Below, piece by piece: positions 37,561 to 55,759 of a DNA stretch of 64,000 nt. The DNA comes from the human T2T-CHM13v2.0 reference genome, Homo sapiens. A program made the translations under genes and the position numbers. The notes beneath the pieces are model-generated. The model had not been told where the DNA came from. It saw nothing but the letters and a program-made list of their open reading frames with translations, and searched no databases. How positions within the stretch are numbered: the first letter of the stretch is position 1; each line of letters opens with the position of its first letter. The DNA lies in NCBI RefSeq assembly GCF_009914755.1, contig NC_060940.1; one strand, written 5' to 3'.

Positions 37561-39647
37561 TAAATTTTTAGAGTGAAAACATTCTCCCTAATTCATTCAA
37601 CGGCTATTTACCGGGCATCAACTACCATATTTCCTCAATTCTAGCTCACTTCATTTCTACTCCTATCAGCACTATATTTTAAACTCTCCTTACCCACTGT
37701 GAAAAGACTTTGCAGGAAAAGTAGTAAGCACACTTCTGCCACATTAAACTCCTACTTAAACCTCCTAAGAGATTATACTCTCTTCCCACTCTGGGAAAGC
37801 CATCTTAAATGGCCTCATTAAACGCAGAGTAGCTTGTTTTGTTTTTAAACAAGCACTACCCTTGCCCCAATAAAGTCCTGCGCCTCAGATTTGCATTGCA
37901 TCAGCTAGTGCGTGCAGAGGTTTAACCTGTCATTACATCATGCTTAGGGCAGCCTCAAAATGCAGCAAGAGTTGGCAGTGAGGAGTGAACCCAATGCAAG
38001 GAATTGCAGATTACCCACTTTCAGCAGGAAATTTTAACTCTAACCACTTCCTCACTCTATTAAGTGTGTTCAATCACCTCAACCTCGTTTTACAATACAG
38101 GCTACACAAAACAGCATTAGGAAAAGAAATATAATTGAAAATAGACACAGTCAGCCCCACAACTACTTTTTTTCCTTTTTTTTGAGACAGGGTCTCACTC
38201 TGTTGCCCAGGTCTGAGTGCAGTGGCACAATCTCCACTCACCGCAGCCTCGGTCTTCTGGGCTCGAGCAATCCTCCCACCTCAATCTCCCCAGTAGCTAA
38301 GACCACAGGCTGGCACCACCACTCTCGTTAATTTTCTTTGTAAAGATAGGGAGTCCCCATGTTGCCCAGGCTGGTCTCGAACTCCTGGGCTAAAGCCATC
38401 AGCCTGCCTTGGCCTCCCAAAGTGCTGAGCCACTGTGCCCAGTCTATATTTTTATTTTCTAATATTTTTTCATTCGACAGGTCTTAAATTTCCCTAGAGA
38501 AGAAAATTTCATATAGAGAAACTCTTCCAAACAGAACCAAAATGTATACAACAAAAAGATGACTGATTATTTCTCAAGCAAAAGATATTTCACTGTTTAC
38601 CAAACTCCAAAAGATCTGTACAGAGCCTTACAGCACACTCTGAAAACCACTGATCTATGGACAGGCCCCTCTACTTAATTAAGTCAGAAAAGTGGAAGCA
38701 TTCTAGAGTCATCTACACTTGGATTCAGACCCCGGCTCCACCAGTTGTTGAGCTGTAAAACTGGACTGTTTCCAGCCTCAACTGGCTTTTGTCTAGATTG
38801 AGATGGGTAATTTATGTGTATCATGGATGGTACATATTCCAGAATATTTAAGTTTTCAGCTGAGACCTGATTTAATTGCCAAGTCATCAATTAGTCACAG
38901 ACTCAGAATTTGTAGATTCCAAGAAACACACTCCAAAAGATGCCTTAACCTTGCAAAGGTGATCAAACATGTCTGCCAAGAATCAACCACCATTTAATTT
39001 TTAGCACAATAAACCTTAATTCTCAACTAGGTAGAATATTTACACTAGTTTTACAAAAAGCTGAAAAGTTCACAGAAGTACCTTAAGACAAGCCCATAGA
39101 ATCCAAAACTGGCAAAAATCCAAAACTTAGCAAGAATGCACTATTACCTACACTTTCTAAAGCCTACGTCCCAAGCCCAGTTTGGTATATAGTTTAAGTA
39201 GATGTCAATCTAAACAAAAACATTTTAGAATCAGCCTTTAATGTTGTCTTAGTAATTTCAGAGCATTCAGCCATTGCTTTACCACCTTAGCATACTTAAC
39301 AGTAGAAAGATAAACTTTTATTCTCAATTCCACGTGGTAATCTTTGTTTCCTTTTATAAATTACTTATAAAAGTTTAAAATGGAGAAATGTAGTCAGATA
39401 TGGAAAAAAATCATAATATATTGTAAATGAAGTTACAAATAGAACACAGACGTGAGGGACGGGGTGAGAAACCAAGAGGGCTACAACATCAGACCAATGA
39501 ATCAGTTACCTATATGAGGATACTGGTGATTTTTAGCTGTATTTTCTCCAAAGGGGACAATAAACTGCTTTATAAAGATTAGTCTGATTAACAACTGTGA
39601 AAACAGTCAAAATGAGCAAAAAGTAAAACATGTTTATTCTTAATTTA

Positions 39648-39869
<222 letters not shown>

Positions 39870-41795
39870 TCACTTGAACCTGGGAGGCGGAGGCTGCAGT
39901 GAGCCAAGATCGACTTGAACCCAGGAGGCGGAGGCTGCAGTGAGCCAAGATCGTGCCACTGCATGCACTCCAGCCTGGGCGACAGAGCAAGATTCCATCT
40001 CAAAAAAAAAAGAAAGGGTAGGATGCAATTATCACTACCCCATCTCTAGTAAAACAAAAATTATTCTTAGAAACAATAAAATATAAAATAAAATTATAGG
40101 TATCAGATTACAAATTTGCTCTTTCCATTAGAAATCTTAATTAAATAAAACTCCTCCATTCAAAACACTTAAGGCTTTTCTTGTTCCCAGAATGCCTTTA
40201 GGTTAAAAGGGTATTTTCCAAACTCATTTGACATTGTGGCAGGTATTATGTAGAAAATGTTTTACGTTAAAATGTTAATTAAACATTGCTTCTATTTGAA
40301 GACTTACTTGCTTCTTACACAATGACAAAATCAAAGCAAGTCTCTTAAAAATTCAACAAGTTAAAATGCCAAAAGTTAAAAAATCAAACACTGTTATAAG
40401 GACAATAAATTAAACAATCTATAGCTTCCAGAACTGTAGCAAAGCAATAAAATGATTTCTTAAAAATTGTATGTTTTTCCTAAAACCTCCATTTTTCCTG
40501 AAGATAATTCTGAAAACTTTGCAGCTACAGAAGAAGTTACACTGAATAGGTATAGAAAGATTGATTACTGGAGATGAGGGAAACCCAGGAAAGCTGCTGT
40601 CAACAGAAGACAAAGAGGAAAGGCAAATCCCGACTTAAATGTGTTCAAAGCAAAATACAACACTTGCTAAGTCACTTTATTTTGAGGCTTCCACCCAAGC
40701 TAAACATTAGATATACATGGAGTTTGGTGGCTCATACCTGTAATCCCAGCACTTTGGGAGGCTGAGGTGGGAGGATCACTTGAGCCCAAGAGTTTGAGAC
40801 AAGCCTAGGCAATATACTGAGACCTCATCTCCACAAAAAAAATACAAAAAAATTAGCTGGGTGTGGTGGCATCCGCTGTAGAGCCAGCTATTTGGGAGGC
40901 TGAGGTGGGAGGCTCATCTGAGCCTGGGATGTAAAGGCTGCAATGAGCTATGTCTGTGCAACAGAGTGAGACCCTGTCTGGGAAAGAATAAATAAAGTGT
41001 AAGATCCCCCTAAAACAATGCAAGCCCTTCAACATGCCAATAGTAAAACTTTCCCTTTCCCACTAGGCACAATAAAGATTGTACTAAGCTCCTAACTTTG
41101 TCAAAGCAATTAATCAAACCTAACTACACCTGAATCCTTAATTTTGTGGTGTGATCACAATACTTCAAAGAAAGTTTCTGAAAGGATTACGTAAGTGATT
41201 AACTCTCCATCTTAGTCTAAGTCTGAAGCTCTTGCATAAATTCCACAGCTTACAATCCTGGTCACAACTCTCTTCTCTAAGAACTAAGTAAGCTATGCCC
41301 ACTGTCTTCTGCTATTCAATGATGTAAGTGAAAGAAAAGCCTAATGCCATTTTCATTCTCAACCCTTTGCAGATAACCTTCTGATATGCTAAAGCATTTT
41401 CCAAAATATATAGGTATCCTCAATCTCCAGCAAGCCAACAGAGACTGATGGCAAGAATGGCCACTCCCTTCCCTTTCCCTTAAGTAGGAAGAGCCACATA
41501 AATTCTTATTACATTACTCTTGTAACTCCTTAACCCCTCTATATAAATTTTCATGCTTAATTTTCTCGTCTTTCCTTGGACCTTGGTTGTTGGTTTTGGT
41601 CTTGCTGCTAGTCTCAACGGGTTCCAGAGTCAGCAAGCTAAACACAGTTCTTCATTAATGAAGAACTGCCCCAAACACATATTAAGCACCTACTAAGTGC
41701 CAGGTAGACTCAATGGTTTACATATGTTCTCATTTAACCTTTCCAATGACCAAAGTTAGACATTTATCCCCACCTTACTTAAGAAAATAGATTTC

Positions 41796-42078
41796 GGCTG
41801 GGCGCGGTGGCTCGTGCCTGTAATCCCAGCACTTTGGGAGGCTGAGGTGGGCGGATCATGAGGTCAGGTTATCGAGACTACAGTGAAACCCCGTCTCTAC
41901 TAAAAATACAAAAAATTAGCCAGGCGCGGTGGCGGGCGCCTGTAGTCCCAGCTATTCGGGAGACTGAGGCAGGAGAATGGCGTGAATCCGGGAGGCGGAG
42001 CTCGAAGTGAGCCCAGATCACGACACTGCCCTCCAGCCTGGGCGACAGAGCAAGACTCCATCTCAAAAAAAAAAAAAA
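41796..42078 (+). mobile_element. AluY with the AluYd-type 12-bp left-arm deletion
   Basis: atcgagactacagtgaaacc lacks the tcctggctaaca segment; Y diagnostics gaatggcgtgaa and ggagct; TSD-like aaaatagatttc / aaaacaaatttc. Confidence 0.7.
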
Positions 42079-42107
42079 CAAATTTCAAGGACAGGCATGG
42101 TGACTCA

Positions 42108-42429
<322 letters not shown>

Positions 42430-44199
42430 TCAAGAGGCTGAAGAGGGAGGATCAGGTGAGCCCAAGAGGCTGTACTGCACCATGATTGTGTCTGTGAATA
42501 GCTACTGCACTCCAGCCTGGGCAATACAGTGCCTTGAAATAAATACGAGCACAGCCAGATGTTTTGTTGTCTCTAATCTCATCTTCTTTTGAATAACCCT
42601 AAAAAAATCATGTATGTTCTCCTTACTTACCCTGGTATGGAATATTTAATTTGGCATTCAAAACATCTTTTCCATATTTACAAAAATGTGTCAAGAAAAT
42701 AAACTTCCTAAAGTCTTTAAATTAAACCTTTACTTTCCATCAAAGTGATAGAATCACATATTCTAAGTCTGCCATTAAGTCATTAGATATGAAATCAAAG
42801 CAAAGTATGTATCATGGAGAGGAAAGAGCAGAGAAGAGCAACAGAACCAGGCAGAGGGCCAAACAGGCTTTTTCAACTTTTTATTTCATACCACACATTA
42901 CTAAAATTTTTAAATAACCTTAAAACTTTTTAGCAACACACTTGAAATTAAAATTATTGAAACATCAGTCTTGATTACAAACTAATCTGCAATATAACCA
43001 AGTCTCAGTGTCTATATAAAAACATTCAAATACTATTTACCTAGTTATCTGAATACAGCCATTTACTACCTTATGTTTTATATTCTCTCAGGATACAAAA
43101 TTCTCACATTCCAGTGCAAGCTTGCTCTTTTACTCCATCTTGGCATTTAAGCTGTGCTTTTTAAAACCTTACTTATAAAATTCATGGTACCTAGTTCTAC
43201 ACTCTACCATATAATTCATTCAACTTCACATTACATCTGACAAATCTGGTAGGTAAGTATGTATACACACACACACACACAGAGAAAAAAATTTTACAGC
43301 AGATCAAAATTAGCAGTAATCTATATTTGGGATACTAAACTAAGCATAAAAGAGCATATTGCTAGGAAGACTAAAGAAATTAAAGAAACAGGGTAAAAAG
43401 TCACATTAGTGAGTCTGATATATTTTGATTGATGGCTCTTTACTAGTAAAATAGAAAAAAGTAATGGAATTTATAGGAAAGAAATGCCATCTTTTAAAAA
43501 ATCATGGAGCCTTATTAAAATTCAATTATATTCAGCTGAAATAGTTACAATCTATGTTGACATAAGCAGTACCACCTGAAACTCCAGGCAAACCATTTTA
43601 GTTATTTCAACTAAGGATGTAACAGAAGAATTAACCTATATTAATTTCCCTCAAACTAAGATTCTGTTCACAAGGAGTTCACATTTCTCTAAAAATTTAA
43701 TATTTTACTTTCATGTTTTTAATAGTCTAAAAAACAGTATCAACACATTCTGAATCATCTGAATACACCTGTTAGCCATGTAATTAAATGCCTCTATTCA
43801 TATTTATGGCCACACTGGCTCTAAGTTGGTCCTATTTTCTCTACGCAAGCTAGAGAAAAGCTGAGGTCGATCTAATAACATAAATAATTCATTTGTGTGA
43901 AGCAAAGCCTAAATGCCATCATGGTTTCCACTAAAGCACTTGTATGTCAGTGAAAAAATTAAGATTTCATACGACCACATGATACAGGGCAATTAAGGTA
44001 TGCTTAACTCAAAAAGAACCTGCCCGGTAACAGTCAATTTCATAACCGTAAGTCAATCCCATAAGTGCAGTTTTAAGACTAAAATTCAGCCTGACAGTAT
44101 CCAATATTTTAGTGAATCAGTAATTTGAATTTCAATGGTTCTGTGGTTTTGTTTGTATTTAAATTGCAAGTTTTGAACTGTCAGCAACACCTAACAGAG

Positions 44200-45560
44200 T
44201 TGACGGATCACTGGGCTCCTGCCTAATAAACTCTGTTCACCGACTTCACATACTCTTGGTTTTCCTATCTCAGTCACTCCTCAGCTTCCTTTTATTCCTG
44301 CTCTTCTCCCCCAAATTATTGAAATTGTAGCTGCCTATAAATTACTGTAATCTCTTCCAAACCAGTCTCTCTGTTTCCATCCTTGTCTCCCACCCTTACA
44401 CCCTAAGATGTTCTTTTCTTATGTACACTGGTACTTTGGTGATCTCATTCAGTCTCCTAGTTTTAAATTCCATCAACATGCTAAGGATTTCAAAATTTTC
44501 ATCTCCAGCCCAGATTTTAAAAATAAACACAATGCTCCAGATTTGTCTGAAACCCCAGATTTGTAAATCCAATTGCCCCTTCAGGGGGATGGCCAAAGAG
44601 AAACTCCTTATCACCTCCCAAAGTCTCTCCACTCAGAGTCTTCCTTTTTTCAATTAATAGAGACTCCATCCTTCCAGTGACTCAGGTCAAGCGCCTTCGA
44701 GTCAGCCTTGATTCTTCTCTTTCACAACATACATCTAAAACAGTCAGGAAATCTTATTATACCTCCCTTCAAAATGTATTCAGAATCCAACCATTCCTCC
44801 CTACCTCTACCACTACCATCTAGTCCAAGCCACCAGTATCTCTCATCTGGATTACCACAATATCCTCCCAACCAGTCTCATTGTTCCCAGCTATGTCTCC
44901 CACCCTCACCACCTAATATGTTCTGAGCACAGCAATTAGATTAATTAATCCAGCTCCGTTTTATATCAGATGACATAAATCTCTGCTCTACACCCTCCGC
45001 TGGCTACCCATGTTAGAGTAAAAGCTGAAATCCTAAAAATAGCCCACAAGGGGCCATTATGTATAAGGATACAGTATGGTGCTGTGTTCCCATTACTCTC
45101 TGACTTCATCTCCTACTTTGTTCCCCTTTACTCACTGCACTGACTTCCTTGTTCAATGGCAATGCTAGGTTGCTCCTTTGGGCCTGTGTCTTAAAATACT
45201 TTTCTCCTGAATATCCATGTGGCTAACTCCCTAACTTTCAAATCTTTACTTGTTACATTCAATGACACTCACTCAGACCCTCTATTTAAAATAGTAAGCG
45301 GCACCCTGCCCACTGCCCCTCTGTGTACTCCTAAATCTTTGGCCCATCTCACGCCTCCTACTCTTTTCCCAGCAAAGAATGTATTATCTTCTAACAGACT
45401 ACATAATTCACTTATTATTTTTTATTTGTTGTTATAGGCGCCCACTGTCCTCAATTGGAAGGTAGGATTTTTGTCTGGCTCAATTATGTATCCCAAAAAC
45501 TTAATACAGTGCCTGGCACATAGTACAGACTCCAATAAATATTTTTTGGATGAATAAATA
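44200..45560 (+). mobile_element. L2 LINE 3' portion
   Basis: Pyrimidine-rich L2 body ending cagtgcctggcacatagta...aataaatattttttggatgaat. Confidence 0.75.
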
Positions 45561-47618
45561 CATCAGAAAACAAGAACTTTGGACTTTCAGGCAGCAACAT
45601 CCAAAGTCAGAAAGCAACAGAACAATGCTTTTAAAATTCTCAAAGAAAATTATGCCCTAGAATTCTATACCCAACTATCTCGAAAGTGTTGAGGGCAGAA
45701 TGATGATGCAGTTTCAAAATACTACCTCCCCTGGATATGTTCTTAGGAAGCTCCTGGAAGATAAGCTCTTCAAATACAAGGGAAATAACCAAGAAAAAGA
45801 ACGGGGTTACAATAAACAGAAGACTGCATCTAGGAGAAAGGTAAAGAAACTACTGAAGATAATGACAACTTTATGCTAGAAGAGGGCAACTGAAGGCATC
45901 CAAACAACCTGATGGAACATTTAGACAAGCGGCAAGGAATGTGAGGTAGCATTAGCAGTAAGCACAGAAGAAAACAAAGCCAAAATAGGAAGGAAGAAAA
46001 AAGATATTACCTACAAAAATAAAAACTAAAAAATGCAGAGAAAGAAGTAATCAGTTTATTACATGGCTCAAACTGAATAACTTTGACAGTCAGGATAAGC
46101 AAATAAAAAACTGCAGTGTTACTAACTAAATTAGGAATGTAGGAATGAGAAGGGTATGCACATGTGATGGGGGCAAGAAGAGTTAAAGTCACAAACGGAA
46201 ATCAACAAAGAAAGCCAAAAACTGAAATCTAGAAACAATAGAGGCGTGTTATTTAAAGACAAAGATAAATGCAAAAATAATCAGCTAAAAGAGGTCAAAG
46301 TGGTGGCTACGGCAAGATAATTACTTGAACCCGGGCACGGAGGTTGCAGTGAGCCAAGATGGTGCCACTGAACTCCAGCTAGGGCGACACAGTGAGACTC
46401 TAAAAAGTCTATCCTCTAATGTTGGCAAAGGAGTGAGTGTGTATGGATGCCTGTTTGTAATAGTAAACTGAAAACAGCCCTATCCTAAGAAAGTGGTTAA
46501 ATTATGGTCCACACAACAGAATACTGTGTGCTGCCTTCTTTAAATAAAATGGACTCATACATCAGACTTACTAACATGTAAGAATCAACTGTTTAAACGG
46601 GGTGGGGGGAGAGAGGCGAGGAGCAGTAGCTCACGCCTGTAATCCCAGCAACTTTGGGAGGCTGAGACAGGTGGATCACTTGAGGTCAGGAGTTGGAGAC
46701 CAGCCTGGCCAACATGGTGAAACTGTTTCTACTAAAAATACAAAAATTATCCAGGCATGGTGGTGGGCACCTGTAATCCCAGCTACTAGGGAGGCTGAGG
46801 CAAGAGAATTGCTTGAACGCAGGAGTTAGAGGGTATAGTGAGATGAGATCAGGCCAACTGCACTCCAGCCCGGGCGACAGAGCGAGACTCCGTCTCAAAA
46901 AAAAACAAAAAACAAAAAACAAATTGGGGGGAGAAAAAAAGCTACAGAATATACAGATTACAATTTCATTTAGGTTAAAAGAAAAAAATAGGTAAGTATA
47001 ATAGATATGCACATTGATGTATATATTTTCATGTATGTATGCATGTATGTAGCATGTAATGAAACAGAAAAGAAACTGGAAGGACATCCAAACTGCAGAA
47101 TGTAGTTTAATGGTTTAAGATGCAGGATCAGACAAAGGGAGAGCAAGCCTGGAATTAGAAACCAGAGAGAGATGGGACCACTGAACTACAGGCACACAAA
47201 GCATCAAGAACTCCAAGAAACAGAGACTGTCGGCACAAATTCCATCGTTTGAAATTACAGTACACAGTTCAAACATATATAGTTCTTAGAGATGATAATC
47301 ATGAGAACTACAAGAATTTAGGTCAGATCAAAGAAACTAACTTTAAAATATCTTTGGCTGAGTAAAACAAAAAAATGTGAAGCACACCCAGACTACACCA
47401 AAATGTCTATGATGGTTACTTTTTAGTAATCAGATTATAAATAATAGTTTGGGGGTGAGGAGGGATTTCGGTATCTCTCCAATGTTTCATAAAATTATTG
47501 GCAACAAAAAATATTACACTTAAAAATTTTAATGCACATTTTATCATATCTCCACATTTTCTGTTAATGAATTGCTAGTAACTTCTACAGAACATCAAAT
47601 ACAGAATTCAAGAGCTGA

Positions 47619-48064
<446 letters not shown>

Positions 48065-49260
48065 TGACAAGTTTTTAGAAGTAAAGCTACCTTACCCAAC
48101 AAGCCTGAGTTCTGGCCAAATTCAAAAGGGCAAAATTTAATGTGAAATACAAAGGAAGGAAACCAGGAAGAAGTTTTTAACAGGGAGAGGATTACTTCAT
48201 TTTGTCAAATAAATTATTGAAGTAATCTTTCCAAGGTAGAGTCTTTGCAGAGAAGCTAGTATACACTTATATTTACTGTATCAACCATCACTAGACCAAG
48301 GTGGTCGATGTGACACTAATAAATAACTATACCAAGTACGCTGAAATATTTTCTACAAAATTCAAGACTGGCATTAAACTCCTTAAGAAAATATTTCTCA
48401 CTGGCAAGATCTGTTTTATAAATATAATTAGTTCTCCAAAGGTTTTTCTCTTTCTAGTTTATTCCATGTGCCCGGACTCCCTGTTCAAAACAAAAACGAA
48501 TAAGCAAAAAAAACCAAAAACAAAACAAAACAAAAAAAACAAGTCAGTTCAAACATGACTGGGCAACCACAAACCTAATGGAAGGTTTCTGCCAGCTTTA
48601 TTCTGGTCATATCTTGTCTGTAACATTAAACCTAAAGTTCTGGAAGACTTTTTTTTTTTTTTTTTTTGAGACAGAGTCTTGTTCTGTTGCCCAGGCTGGG
48701 TGCAGTGGCACCATCTCGGCTCACTGCAACCTACACCTCCCGGGTTAAGTGATTCTCCTGCCTCAGCCTCCGAGTAGCTGGAATTACAGGGGGATGACAC
48801 CATGCCCAGCTAATTTTTTTATTTTTAGTAGAGACAAGGACAGGGCTTCACCATGTTGGCCAGGCTAGTCTTGAACTCCTGACCTCAAGTGATCCACCAG
48901 CCTCGGCCTCCCCAAAGTGCTGGGATTACAGGCGTGAGCCGCCACGCTGAGCCTCCTGAAGATTTAAGGAAAAAAAAAATCGTTCTAGAAATACTGGTCA
49001 GAAAGTATTTGAGATGGTCAGGGAAAAGAATAAGACTTAAAAAACAAAAGAAGGGCCAGGTGTGGCAGCTCACACCTGTAATCCCAACAATCTGGGAGGC
49101 CGAGGCGGCAGGATTGCTAAAGCCTTTGAGTTTGAGACCAGCCTGGACAACATAGTGAGATCTCGTCTCTAATAAAAATAAAAATTATAATAAAATAAAA
49201 TAAGAAGTACTGGGACACATGGCTATTCAGCTGGTAACTTTGTCATGGATAAGCAAATAA

Positions 49261-49392
<132 letters not shown>

Positions 49393-49408
49393 TGAGGTTG
49401 GGAGTTCA

Positions 49409-49654
<246 letters not shown>

Positions 49655-51349
49655 CTACTGTTCCATTCATATAAGGCACAAAATTAGGCAAAATAAATCT
49701 ATGGTGTAAAAAGTCAAGAGGTGGTTTCCTGTGAAGGGGGCGGCTCCTTGTTTCTTCGATCTGGGAGGTGGTTACAATAGCGTTCCTTTTGTGAAAATGT
49801 CAAGCTGTACACATGATTTGAGCACTTTTTCCATATGTATTTAGGCTAAATGTCAACAAAATAGTTTACATTTAGAAAATAAAAGTCCTAATATTGCTCT
49901 AGGTATTCTCCTAGAATCTCCTTGAACAACAGCCAGATGCTAATATCAGCTAACACTTCACAGCATCTCTCCTCTCTTTCCCTCTGCACAGTTCTTCAAC
50001 CTGTCTCTCTCTACTACCCATTTGCTCCAGCAACACTCCTCAGGTCCTAGAGCAGTCCAAATTCATCCCTACTTCATGGGGCCTTTATCTGGCTGCATCT
50101 TCCATCTAAGATGTACTCCTTCCCCCTTCAAAGGGCGAGCTCCTTATCCTTGGACACCAGGTCTCCCTTCCACCCCACTGGTCTCTTCAGCACTTTGACT
50201 CCTTTACAGTACACTTCACAATTTGTAATTCTGTTTCTTTCTTTCCTCACTAGAAGGTAAGTGGTAATATTTAGAGAAGTAACTTACTCAACAACTAATC
50301 TTTTTACAACACTTGCTGTGTTAGGCAATGTGCTTTTAGATGCAAAGTAGGCAGTGTCTCTGCTCTCATGGAACTTAAAGTCACAAACACAACTAATAAG
50401 TGATAGAGCCAAGAGACACATCCAGATCTGACTCTTAAGGGCTTGTCCTCTTAGCCACTTAATTATACTGACACTCTAGCATTAGGACATGGGGGCTGGG
50501 GGGGCGAGGGGAAGGCAGGGAACAGCAATATACTTAATAACTGTTCATGTACTAATAGAACTAAGGCTTAGAGAGGTTCAGTAATCTACCCAAAGTAGCA
50601 CAAATAGACATTTCAGAGGCTAAATACAATCATGACCAAAGGCACAGAGATGCTAAAGCAGTGTTCAAGGAACAAAAGAACCCAGTTGGCCTAGGTAGGG
50701 CAAAGGGGAAACACAGGCAATAAGGCTAGAGAAGTTTGTAAGAAACACTATGCCTTGGTAAAAACAAAACACAACGAAAAGGCTAGAAGAGTTTAATAAG
50801 GACAGTGTGGAGTCAGTCGCTCAATAACTTTTTACTGAGCACCACCTATGTTCCAGAAAGAGTCCTAAACTCTTGAGACACAAGGATGACCAAGTCGTCA
50901 TAGAGATTACAGTCTATCTGGGGAGGCATACAACTAAAGAAAAATTATAATTCAGGAGGATATGTTACAGTGGGACCGAGCAGAGTGCTATGGGAACACA
51001 GAGATGACATCCAATTCAATGTGCAGAGTTCACAAAGAGCTTCTCAGCTAGTGATGTCCAGGCTGAGATAAGAGAGCTTAATAGGATGAGAGGGGCTTGC
51101 AAGTAAAGTCCAAAATGGCAGGGGAGTAACAAGAGAGGCCAGCTCAGGAGAGGCTATGTACTTACGAACCATATCAAGAACTTAGAACTTTACACTGAAA
51201 GCCTTTTAAGTCAGGTTCACCTATTAGAAAGCTCACTTAAACTGCAGTAGGAAAACTGACTGTAAGGCTGGAGACCAAAAGGAGATCTCTTAAAGGTAGA
51301 AGGAAATGAATGTAAATGTGAAGAAGAGAGGCAATGCCAGCTTTGAGAT

Positions 51350-53315
<1,966 letters not shown>

Positions 53316-55189
53316 ATCTGCATAAGGGGATATATGGGTCTACATCTCAGCAGGCAAAAAGATTGGAGGCCAGGCACAGCAGCTCACACCTGTAATCTCA
53401 GCACTTTGGGAGTCCGAGGTGGGCGGATTACTTGAGCCCAGGAGTTTGTGACCAGCCTAGGCAAGATGGCGAGACCTGACCTGGTCTCTACAAAATAACT
53501 TTTTAAAAAATTAGCCCAGTGTGATGGCACATGCTCCTAGTCCCAGCCACTTATGAGGCTAAGGTGGGGGGAACCTTTGAGCCCAGTTGGAGGCCACAAT
53601 AAGCTATGACATCACCACTGCACTCCAGCCTGGGCAACATAGCAAGACTATCTCAAAAAAAAATAAAAATAAAAATAAAGATCTGAATGTCATTAGAATA
53701 CGCACAGTAGTAGGTGAGTAAACAAATACCTACTGAGCACTAGGTACTGAGGATATATATTAAAAACACAATTCTTGCCCTTATGCAGCAGATATTCTAG
53801 TAACTATAGCCATGGGAACTAAATCATTTAAAGTGCATTAGACATCCTGCTATTTTGAAGAATACTATTAAGGATACTTATTGTAAAAAGGAAAATTTCC
53901 TTTTTTGGCGGGGGGATGGAAGGTTCTGGGGATTTCATACAGATTTTGTTGAAAGAGAGGGCTGTACAAAAAATATCTAGATTTTAACATTTCACAAAGC
54001 GAATATGGAAATTCCACAAAATTCTGTTAATAAATCTCTTTAAACAAAGAACCTCCAATCTTTAAAAATTTTGTAAATCAACTGCTTAAAAATACAATTT
54101 AAGCAGTCACCTAAAACTCTGTAAATTACTAAACTTTGTTACCCTAGTTATGTAAGATCTGTTTTCAAAACACCATACTCACTGAAAATCCTATTTGTTA
54201 TTTTATGTCATTACTGACATAGCTAGATAATTCCTTCATAACTCCAATTTAACCTAATCATGCTTTTTAATTACAGATATTAAGAAAGAATATTTCTCTA
54301 CAGCAATTTCGTAAGAACTTCCCGAAGCTTAGAGGGAATAGATTAATATTTAACAGATGTAAAATGCATTAACATTGTTTCTGAATTTGTACTTTGTGGA
54401 ATACTTATCCTGAAAAGTTATCAGTTTCACATCTATTATACGTATTTCAGTTTAAAATATTAAATGTTAGTAAATTATGTTGGAAAGATGCCAATAACGA
54501 AAAAAAAACTGTTTGGCATAAACTTTGGGGAACAAATTCTGGATATAATCGCAACTAACCATCCAAGATTACAGAAATCTGTATCTTTATTTAAATTTTC
54601 AGAATGAAACACTACACAACCAATTTGTGTAATCTACTTTGAGTCTCAAGATCTACCAGTCTAAAGTCCTCCTAACAACTAATTAAAATCCTCTCCACCA
54701 TAATTTGAGCCAACAACTCCCAGATAAAATTACCAGACCATTACATTTGCCACCACACTACATTCTGCTCTTCAGTAACTTCTAAAAGTGATGGTAACAC
54801 CATAGATACACACTCAAGTATTCACTGTCACACTTTTCTAAGTTGGTTAACTCAAGTCCTTGAAAGTGAACTGATCAATAAATCTAAACTAGCTAAGAGA
54901 AGACCTCATTTTAATCAATTTGATTTTTTTTAATCACAAAGATATAGCCATTCAAATCCCCGGCCACAGCAATTTCCAAAATGCCACCATCTCAGAAAGT
55001 CTGTTAATTTATCATACAAATCTCCTTGTCCTTTTTAACAACAAAATGCATTGAAAGAAAAAACCCAGCACTAAAGATCTGTGACCTGATTTCACAAATT
55101 CTGGTCTATGCACTTTCATCATACCAACACATCATGCCAAGAAAACCTCGTAAGTTTAGCTATTAAACTACAGTCTTAACAGTAAGCAT

Positions 55190-55410
55190 TTGTTGAGAAC
55201 TTAGTATGGGGCTGCCACTGCTTTCAGTCCACCTATTGTCATCTCATCAATTCTCAACAGGGCTTGAGGTAGATACTGTCGTTACACCCATTTTGCAGAT
55301 AAGGAAAGCGAAGCACAGAGAAGTATCTGCCCAAGGTCACAAACCAGTGGAGCAGGATTTGACCCAAAGCAGACAGTCGGACTTCACAGCCCGTGCTCTC
55401 AACATCCAAC
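55190..55410 (-). mobile_element. MIR SINE (others at ~8690-8850, 31270-31500, 61690-61820)
   Basis: MIR core cccattttgcagataaggaaa...gcccaaggtcac...ggatttgaccc. Confidence 0.7.
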
Positions 55411-55759
55411 TGCTGAAGAGTTAACAATTTACCCTTGACAGCCGCTATAAGCAAAGGTAAATGCTCAACTGCTAGGAAGGGACAGTCAGAACACCGTCCC
55501 ATATCCAGTATCCATGTCTCTCTGTTTGTTTATGGCCTCTATGACTTTGGCAAAAGAAGTACACACAATCTGATTTTCCGAACACCCAAGCTGGACTTTT
55601 CTGAATGTCCGAGCAAACAAATTATGTATCTTTCCAGGAACGGGCAGACAGCGAAAACGAACCTACGCATCGGAGTGGCCCAGGTTATTCACTTTAAGTT
55701 ATAAATTTGGGAGAGTTAAGAAAGGACCCCAAACTACCCGGCAAATGAACCCTAGGAAA

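Noticed and set aside
36880-37563. 168- and 189-aa ORFs
   Set aside because: They are the same GC-rich artefact over the small CpG island.
42625-42635. Strong - strand donor AGG|GTAAGT in SIAH1 intron 1
   Set aside because: I found no convincing partner acceptor, and such motifs are expected by chance in a 23-kb intron.
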